From: Macrostomum lignano
Taxonomy: Eukaryota
NCBI GenBank assembly: GCA_002269645.1
Contig: NIVC01000067.1
Location: 1,065,214-1,129,213, forward strand
Direction of reading: 5' to 3'
Length of the DNA stretch: 64,000 bases
Shown: one piece after another, positions 11,230-23,244 of the stretch
How the letters are laid out: every line of letters starts with the position of its first letter
Position numbering within the stretch: the first letter of the stretch is position 1
The notes under the pieces: generated by a model
Seen by the model: only the letters and a program-made list of their open reading frames with translations
Databases searched by the model: none
What the model was told of the DNA's origin: nothing
Made by a program: the position numbers and the translations under genes

Positions 11230-14200
11230 TCAGCCGGTCGCGCTGTCCTCGGGCTCATCGAGGCTTTCGCTGGTGAGTTGCAGCAGACGGCCCTGATGGC
11301 TGCCCGTCATTCTTGTCAGCGTAGCAATCAGGCAGCTGGCCGAGCCTGGCGACGGCTCTTCGCCCTCAGCCGAAGCCGTCGACCTGGCGTCTGGCGCCGC
11401 CTTCATCAGCCCGATCGGCAGCACCTCGGCGAACACAGCGGGACAGGGCTCGACGTCTCGACAGTCGGTGTCCTCCGCGCTGGTGCTGCTGCTGCGGACG
11501 CGGGAATCAATTGAGCCGTTTCTGGATTGTGCGAGATTAATTATAGACGGCCATTTTCAATGATTACGTAATCAATTAGCCAATGCACCGAGCGATTTTT
11601 CGCATGATTCCAACTGGAAACAAGCCGACGATTCTTGTAGTGCATGGCTGATTCTTCAGTTGCTCTGCACATAGCTACATGTAGCTTTGAATTGTTTTTC
11701 TACATTTGTGCCAATTTATCAACTATTTCTGGGTAAATACGTCTGAATCTCGCGCCAGGATCCCTGGTTCGATTCCGTGCGATATATTTCTTTTTCGGAT
11801 ACCAGAATACCACTTTTTTCGGTGGTTTCCGAGCTGCTCAGGGCAAAAATACAACCTACTCGTATTTGTTCACAAGCTGTTCAAGTTGTTTGATCAGGCT
11901 CAAAAGTCTTCTGTCTAGCTTAGCCGCAGCTCAGAACTGCTACCCAATCACAGCAACGTGAATTGTAGCTCAGCTTTGCCACTCGCTTCACTGTGGCTGC
12001 GTTGATTGAGGCGTGACGCAAGCAGTCAATTCTGTAGCTGCGTACGATCTACTAACCAGGGCCAACTCTGCTTAACTATCAGCGTTAAGGAAGTTGCAGT
12101 TCCTCAGAGTTTTAACATTGTATACATATGTATGTATTTTGCAGTTTTTGTGTGAAGTGGACGCTTCTGAACAACTTCTGGCAACAGTCAACCTGCAACC
12201 AGCGGACAAAATCCACGGACCCTCATTTATCACACCCAGTGCGCACAAATTTTGCCCTGGGAAGTCGCCCTTGTGAGCGCAAATTCCGTGGCAAACCCCA
12301 AATCAGTGCGTCTGCCTAGCGGATTAAAACCTGAGGATTATGGTACGAGGAATAGACAATCTGATGAAGCAGGCGAATTCGCTCACCCAATCAGCGTCCT
12401 CGCTCGCCGGTTGAACAGTCGCTGATACTCGGCCTCGTCAGCCAATGAGAGGCCATCAATCGCGAGTTCAACTGAGCCGCACTCTCGCCTGGTGTCGCCG
12501 TAGGCCTCGCTGAAGGCTGCTGAAGGCCTGGCTTGCCGAGATAGTTCGCAAGCCGCGGTACTGGCATAGTTCGGTTCCGCTTTCCCAAGCACCGCTTCAT
12601 CTAGTTTCGGCGACCATTCGACTATGTCAAAGTTCGCTTCCGATTCCGCTTCCGGTTGCTGATATGGTTCCGAGTTGATTTCCGAATCTTGTTCCAGATC
12701 GGCGTAGATTTCTAACTCCTGTTCGAGAGTTGCTTTCACGTCCGGTTCGAGTTGGTCTGCGTCTGTCTCCGGTTCCTGTTTGTGAAAATTCACTTCCAGT
12801 TCGTATTGGTCTACGTTTACTTCCGATCCTGGCTCTGCTGATCGTTCTTGTTTCACTTCCGGTTCATGCTTGATTACTTCCGGTTTTATATCCGCGTTCG
12901 TCGCTTCATCTTCAATCTCGCATGGTCCATTTGGCGTTTCAATGACAGGTTTTGGTGCAATGATAGCAGAATTTGGTGACTCTTTATCCGTCGCCAAATT
13001 TGACAAAGAGTTTCGATGACCAACAGTCGCGGCGCTGGGCATCGGCGTTTGCGGCAGCTGATAGAGGCACTCGATCTGGCCAACCGTGAAGTCTTTGTTC
13101 TCCGCGCTGGTGCCGGCAACGCCAGTGGATCTCCCGCCAGCCACCCGCGGCCAGCAGAGAAACTCCCGCAGCCGGGTCGGCAGGGCGAGGCGAAGTCGGT
13201 GGCTGCCGCTTCGCCTGAGCCGGCGGCTTGGCGATGCCCTGCTGGAAAGACGAACAGTACAAAAGGGATGTCATTAGGGGGGGCGTAGCCCAGCGGTAGC
13301 GCAGCTGCTCTGGTGTGCCAGCGACCCAGGCTCGATTCCAAGTGCAGTCACATTAATTTGGGGCTGAATTGGAATCTCGGCTTGGCTCTGCTCGTGCAAT
13401 TAACGGCCTTGAGAGCCAACCCCCCAAGGCGCAGTGAAGTGTACATGCCTAACGATAATATAAAGTTAGGGCCGCTGTACACTCCTGTGTGAGTGTGTGC
13501 CTGCGTACGTATCCGCGCGCTGGTATGCCTGCTCAGGGGAGTCGGCGGAATGCGCAGTAATGCCTCTCGCCGGTTGTGTGCCTATGTCGCTTAATGTGCG
13601 CCAGGGTCCACACAACCCCCTGCCTCTAATAAAAAAAGGGATGTCAGCTTAAGAAAAATAGTGGAGCCCGAAGTTTATGTGGCCCGTGCACTAAAATTGC
13701 ACAGGCTTCTGCTCAATTCACAACCATGAGGGCAAGGCCCCAAGGCACAGAGAGTGTACATGCCAGACGATTAGAAAGCCATCAAAGCCGCTGTACACCC
13801 TGTGTGAGCGCGTGTATGAGTGCGTGTCTGCGTGTAGTATTGACGCGCTTTTATGTGCTCTCAGGAGTCAGCGGAATCGCATCAGCGCTGGTTGTAGGAC
13901 AAGGTCGCGGAAAGCATTGCGCCAGGGTGCTCACAGTCCTATGAATATTGATTTTAAAGCACCAGGCCAAACCGACTGTGAGCTTCTATACGCGTGTCCG
14001 AAAGTGCAAGTACACACACCTTATCAACGGCCCCCTTATTATCTTGAATTGTCAACTGCAAGTACACACCTTATCAAGGGCCCCCTTATTATCTTGAATT
14101 GTCAACTGCAAGCACACATCTTATCAACGGCCCCTTATTATCTTGAATTGTCAACTGCAAGTACACACCTTATCAACGGCCCCCTTATTATCTTGAATTG

Positions 14201-15505
14201 TCAACTGCAAGTACACACCTTATCAACGGCCCCCTTATTACCTTGAATTGTCAACTGCAAGTACACACCTTATCAAACGGCCCCTTATTACCTTGAATCG
14301 CCAACTGCAAGTACACACCTTATCAACGGCCCCCTTATTATCTTGAATTGCCAACTGCAAGTACACACCTTATATAGGACCCCCTTTTTATCGCCGGCAC
14401 TTCATCTCCGCTAGCGTCCAGAGTTCGATTGCCGTCCCTGCTGTCATCGTCTTCGGATTCAAATTTCGGTTCCGCGCTTCGAACTCGCTTCGGCTTCAGC
14501 GGCTCGGCCTTGGAGATGTCGCCCGATTTGCTGACTGGCGTTGAGTTCGAAGGATTTGTGTTGCAGCTTCTGCTCAAGCTGCTGTTACTGCTGCCCCCGC
14601 TGCTGCTGCTGCAACTCCTGCTCCGGTTTGTACCGCTGTTGTGCTGTGTGCCTGCGGGCATGGATTACATAATTGAATCGATTCTTTTTGTAATAATAAT
14701 AGCCTAATCTTAATTTATAATGATCAAAATTTGTAGCATGGTATTCCTTTATTTTGTCATTGTAAAGAAAGGTGTGCAAAAATCAGGAAAGTAGATTAAA
14801 AAAAGTAGTAGACTGAGAGAATCTTATAAGTAGGGAGATAAAGATGGAGATGAAGAAATAGAGAGGGGAGACAAAGAGAAGATAGCAAGATAAAGAGAGG
14901 GACATGAAGAGAAGCATGAAGAGAGGGATATGAAGAGGGAGAGACGAAGAGAGGGACATGAAGAGAAGCATGAAGAGAGGGAGATGAAGAGGGAAAGATA
15001 AAGAGAGGGACATGAAGAGAAGCATGAAGAGAGGGATATGAAGAGGGAGAGACGAAGAGAGGGACATGAAGAGAAGCATGAAGAGAGGGATATGAAGAGG
15101 GAGAGACGAAGAGAGGGACATGAAGAGAAGCATGAAGAGAGGGACATGAAGAGAAGCATGAAGAGAGGGAGATGAAGAAAGTGACATGAAGAGAAGCATG
15201 AAGGGATGAAGATGAAGAGATTAAATCAGCCGGCGGCTTCTCCCCAACCCACGCGCCGTGAGCCAGTGGCTGGGCCTGGCCAGTCTGAGCGAGGAGATCC
15301 GCCTCAGCAACTTCTCGGCCGCCGGCCGTCGGAACTCGGTCACTTTGACTGAGACGCCAATGTCGCTGTCGGATGCAGATTCGGTGGCTGTGGCTGTGGC
15401 TGTGGCGGTGACTGTGGCGGTGTCCTCATAGTCTTCAGCTGAATGTTTCTGGGTAGTCTTCTTCTTTCGCCAGACGTCTCGAATTTTTGTCAGAATCGAC
15501 GGCAT
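11230..15505 (-). CDS. Orphan, largely low-complexity/disordered protein of ~560 aa (4 exons)
   Basis: Exons 15505-15253, 14651-14369, 13241-12387 and 11521-11230 join in one frame through GT-AG sites (phases 1, 2, 2; total 1683 nt = 561 codons). Starts MPSILTKIRDVWRKKK, has an acidic EP-rich middle, and ends ..EPEDSATG*. No domain recognised. Confidence 0.72.
13274..13633 (+). mobile_element. tRNA-derived SINE, full-length, with 13-bp target-site duplication
   Basis: Head GGGGGGCGTAGCCCAGCGGTAG (A-box-like) and GGCTCGATTCC (B-box-like); AATAAAAAAA tail; AAAAGGGATGTCA at 13261-13273 and 13634-13646; homologous copies elsewhere in the window. Confidence 0.85.
13690..13945 (+). mobile_element. 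Diverged subfamily copy of the same SINE (head lost)
   Basis: Shares CCCCAAGGCACAG..AGTGTACATGCC..GCCGCTGTACAC..CTGTGTGAG with the copies at 13274 and 20846. Confidence 0.7.
14005..14380. repeat. 49-50-bp intronic minisatellite, ~7 copies; overlaps the splice donor of the orphan gene
   Basis: CCCCTTATTATCTTGAATTGTCAACTGCAAGTACACACCTTATCAACGG recurs. Confidence 0.92.
14890..15205. repeat. Purine-rich ~54-bp composite intronic repeat (GAGGGACATGAAGAGAAGCATGAAGA...)
   Basis: Direct reading; 18-aa periodicity in ORF 14783..15199. Confidence 0.85.
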
Positions 15506-15890
15506 CTACTGCTTTGCTTGCGAGGCTGTTGATAAGGCAAAAATAATTGACTTTGATGAACAGATAAACAACTGTGTGCGATGGCTTCGATTTCTTAGCG
15601 AACACGATTGCAAAAAATCCACGATAGCTTTGTACCATAGAAACATTTGTTAAGACTTGTCTGCAGATACTATAAAAAATAGTTGCCACTCAGAACTAAA
15701 GTGGTGAAAAGTAAAGTATCTACTCTGTTTTCAGTAGTTTGTCTGAACAGTGTCACGTAAATTTTATGTGGCAGCAAAAATTTCCTTTCCTTCCTTGGGG
15801 CTGGCGGCCTCAGGAGCATAGGACTCGAGGAGCATATGGGATTAAGAACAAACAACCAGCCTTTAACTGGATGTACACTAGTGAACGCAA

Positions 15891-16052
15891 GACGGACGAA
15901 ACTCAGCCTAGGGGGCAGTCTCAATCTAGCTCAGCCAATGAGAGAGCAGCAAGGAGAGAGGACAAAGTTAGACGGACGAAACTCAACCTAAGGGGCAGGC
16001 CCAATCTTGCTCAGCCAATGAGAAAGCAGTAAGGAGAGAGGCCAAAGTCAGA
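15891..16052. promoter_or_regulatory. 80-bp tandem duplication carrying two CCAAT boxes, upstream of the orphan gene; candidate promoter
   Basis: GACGGACGAAACTCA at 15891 and 15971; each copy contains TCAGCCAATGAGA. Promoter role is inference. Confidence 0.45.
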
Positions 16053-16764
16053 CATAAGCGGGCAAGACGAAAGCCAAACTATTTATCGTCCTGACTGGGG
16101 GCTGGGGCGCCGCCCCTTTTCTCTTTTGCTCGGTATGCACACCCACTGGATTTGGGTGCAGTGTCAACAGTCAAACAGGATGAAGATGCTAATTTAATGG
16201 CTCTGCTTCAATAGACGCTGTAATTGTTAGAGCTTCAAAACTTCAAATATCTTTTTGTAAAATAAAAAACTTTTTATTTTATTTTATACATTGCAAAATG
16301 CATTGCTACTGAAAAAGAGTCGTTGAGCGAATTTTTACGAGTGACCTATCTACATGTAGCTATTTTTCCAGTTCTAAAGATAGCATCGACAAAGTTAAAG
16401 CTCGGCAGCCTATTCTGAACATGGAATCAATAGTTAATCCAATGTTAAACGACGTGATAATTTAATTGTTGCCGTTAGTCAGGCTAGGCAGGTAGTAGTT
16501 TTGATATTTCTATACAAGAATTACAGTATATTTAAACAATACTATTCAATGAGGCATCGCTAAGAATAGCCAATTCCATAATTTGACCTCATTTGGTTCA
16601 GTTATGAAATATGTATTCATTCCTTATGCTAATTTTAGAACTCTACACTCGCTTTTTTATCGAGTTGCGGGTGTCTCAGTTTGATAAAAGACAATCTATA
16701 TCTTGATTAAAACAAGCTGGGACGTCATTTTCTGAAGTGCTAAGTTAGTTAGTTTCTGGTCTTT

Positions 16765-17337
16765 CTGGAGTGCTCATGCAGTTTCTGTAAGCAGCTTGTG
16801 AGTTGCTAAACTGGCTACTGGAGTGCTCAGTTTCTGTAAGGAGGTTGTGAGTTGCTAAAGTGGCTACTGGAGTGCTCAGTTTCTGTAAGCAGTTTGTGAG
16901 TTGCTAAACTGGCTACTGGAGTGCTCAGTTTCTGTAAGGAGGTTGTGAGTTGCTAAACTGGCTACTGGAGTGCTCAGTTTCTGTAAGCAGTTTGTGAGTT
17001 GCTAAACTGGCTACTGGAGTGCTCAGTTTCTGTAAGGAGGTTGTGAGTTGGTAAACTGGCTACTGGAGTGCTCAGTTTCTGTAAGGAGGTTGTGAGTTGG
17101 TAAACTGGCTACTGGAGTGCTCAGTTTCTGTAAAGAGGTTGTGAGTTGCTAAACTGGCTACTGGAGTGCTCAGTTTCTGTAAGCAGTTTGTGAGTTGCTA
17201 AACTGGCTACTGGAGTGCTCAGTTTCTGTAAGGAGGTTGTGAGTTGCTAAACTGGCTACTGGAGTGCTCAGTTTCTGTAAGGAGGTTGTGAGTTGCTAAA
17301 GTGGCTACTGGAGTGCTCAGTTTCTGTAAGCAGTTTG
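16765..17337. repeat. 49-bp minisatellite (GGAGTGCTCAGTTTCTGTAAG..GTTGTGAGTTGCTAAACTGGCTACT), ~12 copies
   Basis: Direct reading. Confidence 0.95.
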
Positions 17338-18104
17338 ATAAATTATTAAATTAGCTTGCAGTTTTTCCCTGCAAAAGCAGTGTTGAGCTGTGTGCTTCTT
17401 CTAAATTATACTCGTATTTACATTCTGTCCTTAGAATCTCATTGTCCTTTCTAGCTATATTGCTTGGTGCCCAAGCCACACAATATACTGGGCTTATACC
17501 CGCATGGACAGTATTGAGCACTGGGAGAGGCTCGTCTCTGAAGAGTGGCATATACCCCGGTAGAGCCTGTTTATTAGCTCGTATAAGCGTACAGTCGCAG
17601 GCGTACTGGGCCACAGAAATTTGCTGTTAGGCCGGGCAAGGGCCATCATGCGATAACGTCGCACAACCAGCCATCGGGTTTGAATCGGTACGGCTAAATA
17701 ATTCAAACCAACAGTCCTAAAATGGCTTGGGCCAGCGCAGTCATCTTGTGAAGATCATCAGAGATAGCTAATCACTAGCGGTAAGCCCAACCGGAAGAAT
17801 TTACTTGCAACAATCTTAGCGCATCAACTATCATTCCTTATAGGCACAGTTCGTTTGCGTCAGAATTTGACTATAAAAATGGATTGTTAGAATGTCCGGG
17901 ACAGGTAAGCCTTAGTCGAAATTGCGTAGTTACATCTATGGTTAATAGAGGTAAGTCAGTTTTATTGTTTTTTGTCTATAATTTGGACGCGAATGGAAAG
18001 GTAAGAGACGGTCTCTGATGAATTCACAATGATACGAAGATTGTGAAGTCATCGCACAGGTTGTGGTGTGCAGAGATCTCATTTCATCCGCAAGGACAGT
18101 CGTG

Positions 18105-19483
18105 GAGACCGTGTGAGGCTTGTGGGACTTTTAGTAGCTTGTGAGGACCGTGTGAGGACCGTGTGAGGATTGTGGGGACTTTAGTAGCTTGTGAGAACCG
18201 TGTGAGGCTTGTGTGGACTTTAGTAGCTTGTGAGAACCGTGTGAGGCTTGTGGGGACTTTTAGTAGCTTGTGAGGACCGTGTGAGGCTTGTGGGGACTTT
18301 AGTAGCTTGTGAGAACCGTGTGAGGCTTGTGGGGACTTTTAGTAGCTTGTGAGGACCGTGTGAGGCTTGTGGGACTTTAGTAGCTTGTGAGAACCGTGTG
18401 AGGCTTGTGGGGACTTTAGTAGCTTGTGAGAACAGTGTGAGGCTTGTGGGGACTTTTAGTAGCTTGTGAGGACCGTGTGAGGCTTGTGGGGACTTAAGTA
18501 GCTTGTGAGGACCGTGTGAGGCTTGTGGGACTTTTAGTAGCTTGTGAGAACTGTGTGAAGCTTGTGTGGACTTTTAGTAGCTTGTGAGGACCGTGTGAGG
18601 CTTGTGGGACTTTTAGTAGCTTGTGAGGACCGTGTGAGGCTTGTGGGACTTTAGTAGCTTGTGAGAACTGTGTGAGGCTTGTGGGGACTTTTAGTAGCTT
18701 GTGAGGACCGTGTGAGGCTTGTGGGACTTTAGTAGCTTGTGAGAACTGTGTGAGGCTTGTGGGACTTTAGTAGCTTGTGAGGACCGTGTGAGGCTTGTGG
18801 GGACTTTTAGTAGCTTGTGAGGACCGTGTGAGGCTTGTGGGACTTTTAGTAGCTTGTGAGAACTGTGTGAGGCTTGTGGGGACTTTTAGTAGCGTGTGAG
18901 GACCGTGTGAGGCTTATGGGGACTTTAGTAGCTTGTGAGAACCGTGTGAGGCTTGTGGGACTTTAGTAGCTTGTGAGAACTGTGTGAGGCTTGTGGAACT
19001 TTAGTAGCTTGTGAGGACCGTGTGAGGCTTGTGGGACTTTAGTAGCTTGTGAGAACTGTGTGAGGCTTGTGGGACTTTAGTAGCTTGTGAGGACCGTGTG
19101 AGGCTTGTGGGGACTTTAGTAGCTTGTGAGAACCGTGTGAGGCTTGTGGGACTTTTAGTAGCTTGTGAGGACCGTGTGAGGCTTGTGGGACTTTTAGTAG
19201 CTTGTGAGAACTGTGTGAGGCTTGTGGGGACTTTTAGTAGCTTGTGAGAACCGTGTGAGGCTTGTGGGGACTTTAGTAGCTTGTGAGAACCGTGTGAGGC
19301 TTGTGGGACTTTAGTAGCTTGTGAGAACTGTGTGAGGCTTGTGGGGACTTTTAGTAGCTTGTGAGAATCGTGTGACGCTTGTGTGGACTTTTAGTAGCTT
19401 GTGAGGACCGTGTGAGGCTTGTGGGACTTTAGTAGCTTGTGAGAACCGTGTGAGGCTTGTGTGGACTTTTAGTATCTTGTGAA
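18105..19483. repeat. 38-41-bp minisatellite (GTGTGAGGCTTGTGGGGACTTTAGTAGCTTGTGAGAACC), ~35 copies
   Basis: Direct reading. Confidence 0.95.
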
Positions 19484-19511
19484 GGACCAACTATGACTAT
19501 TCCACTGACTT

Positions 19512-19655
19512 ATGAGCACGTACAAGCCCACGCACTCATACGCACGCTCACACAGTATGTACAGCGGCCCTGACTTTCTAATCATCAGCAGGCATGTACA
19601 CTCTCTGTGCCTCGGGGGCTGGCCCTCATAGGTGTGAATTGATCGACAACCCCGT
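19512..19655 (-). mobile_element. Fragment of the diverged SINE subfamily, reverse orientation
   Basis: Reverse complement reads GAGGCACAGAGAGTGTACATGCCTG..GTCAGGGCCGCTGTACATACTGTGTGAGCG, matching 13726-13830. Confidence 0.7.
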
Positions 19656-19950
19656 GGGCAATTTTCTTGCCTAATATCATCGTTTACCGCTGAGATGCTC
19701 TGCTCTCCTCCGAATGTGGTCTGTAAGGACTCTTAGCGGGTTGTGAGAATCACATGTAGTGTGCAAGAGTTTCCAAGTTCAGCTTCGCCTTAATCTAGCT
19801 ATTTTTGTATTTCATTAACTTCATACGAAATCCTATATGAATAAAGCTGGGAGACCGAACAGGCGGTATTTCAGTTCCTTTTATGTGCTGACACATGCGC
19901 ACTAAGCAAACGGAGTGAGACTTTGTCGACGCTTAACTTCAGACGCCTCC

Positions 19951-22615
19951 ATGGGCAACAGCATTGGCAGCGAAAAAATCTCGACACCAGAGCTGGCGGA
20001 CGAGCTGTATCAGGCAGCCAGGCTGGGCCGCCTGTCCGACCTGCGCGCCCTGCTGCACCGTCGGCCGAGCGTCGATCCGAATGGCCGAACGTCGGCCGGT
20101 CGGACGCCGCTGATCGGCGCCGCTCTCGCCGACGCGTGGGAAGCTGCCCAGATGCTGCTGGAGGCTGGCGCCAGGCCGGACGAGCCGGACTCGGCCAAGC
20201 TGGGCGGCTGCACGCCGCTGATGGTGGCGGCTCAGCGGGACGCCCAGGCCGTGGCCGGAGTGCTGCTGCATGCCGGGGCGGACGCCGATGCGACCACGCA
20301 GCCGGACGGTCAGACGGCGCTGATGTGGTGCTGCCAGGCCGACCTGCCGCGCATGGCCGGCTTGTTAATCTCCCGAGGCGCCCGGGTCGACCGGCGACGT
20401 CAGTTGGACGCGGCGACGCCGCTGATGCTGGCGGCCAGGAACAACTCGGCCAGGGTTGCCGAGCTGCTGCTGGAGCTGGGCGCTGCGCCGGATTTGCGCG
20501 GTCCGGCCGGCTTCACGGCGCTGATGGTCACGGCGCTGGTGGACGCAGTCGACGTGGCCGCTCGGCTGCTGTCGTTTGGCGCCGACCGGCTGGTGGCCGA
20601 CTCGGCCGGGAGAACTGCCCTGCACGTGTGCGCCAGGTGGGGAGCTCACGCTTATGGAATTGGCAAATGGCTGATCTGGAAATGCTGAAGTCATCGTTCA
20701 GATTGCGGTGCGCAACGATTTGATTTCGTCTTTGAAGACTGTGTAGGATTGTACGGGATTTGTGATGATTGTGAGAATTGCGTACCATCTGTGAGGACTG
20801 TGTGAAAGCATCATCCTACAATGCTTACCTAAGCCTATATCTCTAGGGGAGCGGGGCGTAGCCCAGTGGTCTGGCGCGGCGCTCTGATGTGCCAGCGGCC
20901 CAAGCTCGATTCCCAGCGCAGTCACATTAATTTGGGGCTAAATTGGAATCTCGGCTTGGCTCTGCTCGTGCAATTAACACCCTTGAAGGGCCAACCCCCA
21001 AGGCACAGTGAAGTGTACATGCCTAACGATAAATAAAGTTAGGGCCGCTGTGCACTCCTGTGTGAGTGTGTGCCTGTGCGTATGACTGCGTACGTATCCG
21101 CGCGCTTGTGTGCCTGTACAGGGGAGTCGGTGGAATGGGCAGTAATGATCGATTGTGTATATGGTTTTGGAGGTAGACAATGCCTCTCGCCGGTTGTTGT
21201 GACAGCGCTACTAATAAACAGAGGACTGTGTTGTTTCTCACAAATTTGTGATTTTTGAAGACCGTTAGTAGTTTCTTGTTGAAAGTCTGTGAATTTTGTG
21301 GGGTTCGAGAGGACTTTTTGTGGTTTTTGAGGACCCTGCGCTGTATTTTGCGAATCGTGTGTAGACAGTGAGAAGTTTGTTTGTTTTTGAAGGATTGTGT
21401 GGTTTGGAAATTTGTGTGCCAAGATACTTATTTTCCTGCAATGTCCAAGGCGCTAAAAGCTAGGTACGCGTACCGCATCTGCATCCACACCTTCGCCTAA
21501 CCGCGCCCAGACACGGCAGCCTTCGAGTAGCCCGCCTCCTCCTGGGCTCGGGCGTCGATCCGAACCCGGCGCCGACATCACCGCAGGATGGCGGCCACAC
21601 GCCGGTGACGCTGGCGGCGGCGCACGGCCATCTCGACTGCCTGCGGCTTCTGATCCGGCGGGGCGCCGATTATCTGCACAGATGCGCGGACGGGCGCGAT
21701 ATCCGGGCTATAGCGGAAGCTTCCGGGTGCGCGCGGACCGCCGAGCTGGCCCGATCGTTGATCGAGGAGTCGCAGAGGTGACACTGATTGACGCTTGACC
21801 TTGATGACCATTTTAGACATTCAGCCTTTTTTGGAATTATCTATTACGACCATATGCAGCCCCCGTAATGACCGTAAGCTATTTCTTGAACTAGTTTTTT
21901 CTAGTTTGTCTTCATGTTTTCAACGACCAAGGGAAACACCATAGGCTCTGTACAGTATGCGAGTGAATGCAGATACAAAAGTACAAGTTATCAAAACAAA
22001 GCTCATTTGTTAATTTCCAGCCAAAGATCCCATTCTAACCAGACGGAGACCGACTTCAAATGGCTGCACACCCACGAGGATGGCCTCCGCCCGGAGCTGA
22101 AGCCAACGCTGGCCGCCCTCCTGAAGACGGTCAGCGAAGAGGAAGACGAAGTGGAAGAAGGCGGTGGCGGGCAGAGGGCCAAGCGCAGAAGCAAGATATC
22201 TGGCGATGCCTCAGTGCGGCCGGTGCCGCCGCTCGACGCTGCAACTAAAGATTTCAAAGCTACGACGCCAGCGGCTCCGAGCGTCAAAACGCGCAATGTC
22301 GGCAACAATCGACGTTCAAGCGACGCCTCTTTAACTGAAGGTTCGTCTGTCGCAACCGCCAGCGATCGGTCCGACTCGCCGCCGGAAGAGGACCGCCTGA
22401 TCGAACAGCTGATCATCAGGAAGCGCATCGTGACCAAAGAGACCAGCGGCCAGCGAGTTGTGTCAGTCAAGGAGGAGCAGCTGGAGCTGGTCGTTGACTG
22501 CGGCGAGATCAGCGAGACAGTTCACGTCAAGAGCGGTGCCCCCGCGATTGCCGCCGCCGCGGCCGCTCGTGGCGCCGATGCTTTCAGGTCGACAGGCTCG
22601 CAATTTTATTCTTGA
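19951..22615 (+). CDS. Ankyrin-repeat protein (~7-8 repeats) with a putative N-myristoylation start and a disordered C-terminal tail
   Basis: Exons 19951-20636, 21511-21777 and 22021-22615 join in frame (phases 2, 2). Repeats: GRTPLIGAA, GCTPLMVAA, GQTALMWCC, AATPLMLAA, GFTALMVTA, GRTALHVCARHG, GHTPVTLAAAHGHLDCLRLLIRRGAD. Starts MGNSIGS. Confidence 0.88.
20846..21218 (+). mobile_element. tRNA-derived SINE, full-length copy in ankyrin-gene intron 1
   Basis: GGGGCGTAGCCCAGTGG..AGCTCGATTCC head; body collinear with the 13274 copy; ends AATAAA. Confidence 0.85.
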
Positions 22616-23244
22616 GCTTTCTGAGTTTGGTGTAATAGTGAAGTTAATTTCTGCATATTCTACATTTGTGTATACTAAAGTATGATTAATTCTCCAAACG
22701 ATCGCTGTACTCTAGAGTAAAAAGTGATAGCTTCTTTCATTAAAGATATTTTTGTGAAATATTTTTCGGGATTTTAATTTACTTCTTTTTTGGTGAAGAA
22801 AAGCCGCTGTCGTGATCAAAGGCGAGGCATGAAAATCTGCGAGCATAGGACAAATATATTTCATTGTTATTAGACAGAGATATAGCTCGTAAAAAGACAC
22901 GTAAAGCTGCAGGCTCACTGGCAGTAGAAATGCAGAAGATATTTGTACATTGTACATGTAGTTTTCAATACATATATTTTTTTCATCGAGTTAATTTGAA
23001 TCTGACGGCGACGCCACAATAGTATTGGGTTACCTAAAAGAATACAAGAACTACTAGAACTTCAACCATACAATTTTAGGACGTTAAATTGTTTCAGAAC
23101 TGACTTGAGAACAGTCTTTGATTCTTGCACTAGGAAGTAGCTCCCGAATGGCAGACAGATAAGAGATGTGAGCCCGTGGCATCCGGTTTTACTATTTGGG
23201 GGCTCCGGGCCCTAACATAGCCAGGCGTGCTGTGGCACGAAACA

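Noticed and set aside
11730-11785. B-box GGTTCGATTCC suggesting a tRNA gene
   Set aside because: No cloverleaf, acceptor stem or A-box could be built; at most a decayed SINE head. The SINE heads at 13277 and 20846 are also not tRNA genes.
17455-17697. Possible + strand mini-gene (exons 17455-17559 and 17601-17697, 41-nt intron; YIAWCPSHTIYWAYTRMDSIEHWERLVSEEWHIPR..)
   Set aside because: Splice sites and phase fit, but no open upstream exon was found, no domain is recognisable, and a competing minus-strand ORF exists; left unannotated.
19570-19600. Hammerhead-like CTGATGA..GAAA in the minus-strand SINE fragment
   Set aside because: Only 3 nt separate CTGATGA and GAAA, there is no stem III, and the motif is absent from the other four copies.
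20790-21235. GAGGACTGTGT on both sides of the 20846 SINE as a TSD
   Set aside because: The left copy is ~45 bp away from the SINE head, so it is not a clean target-site duplication.
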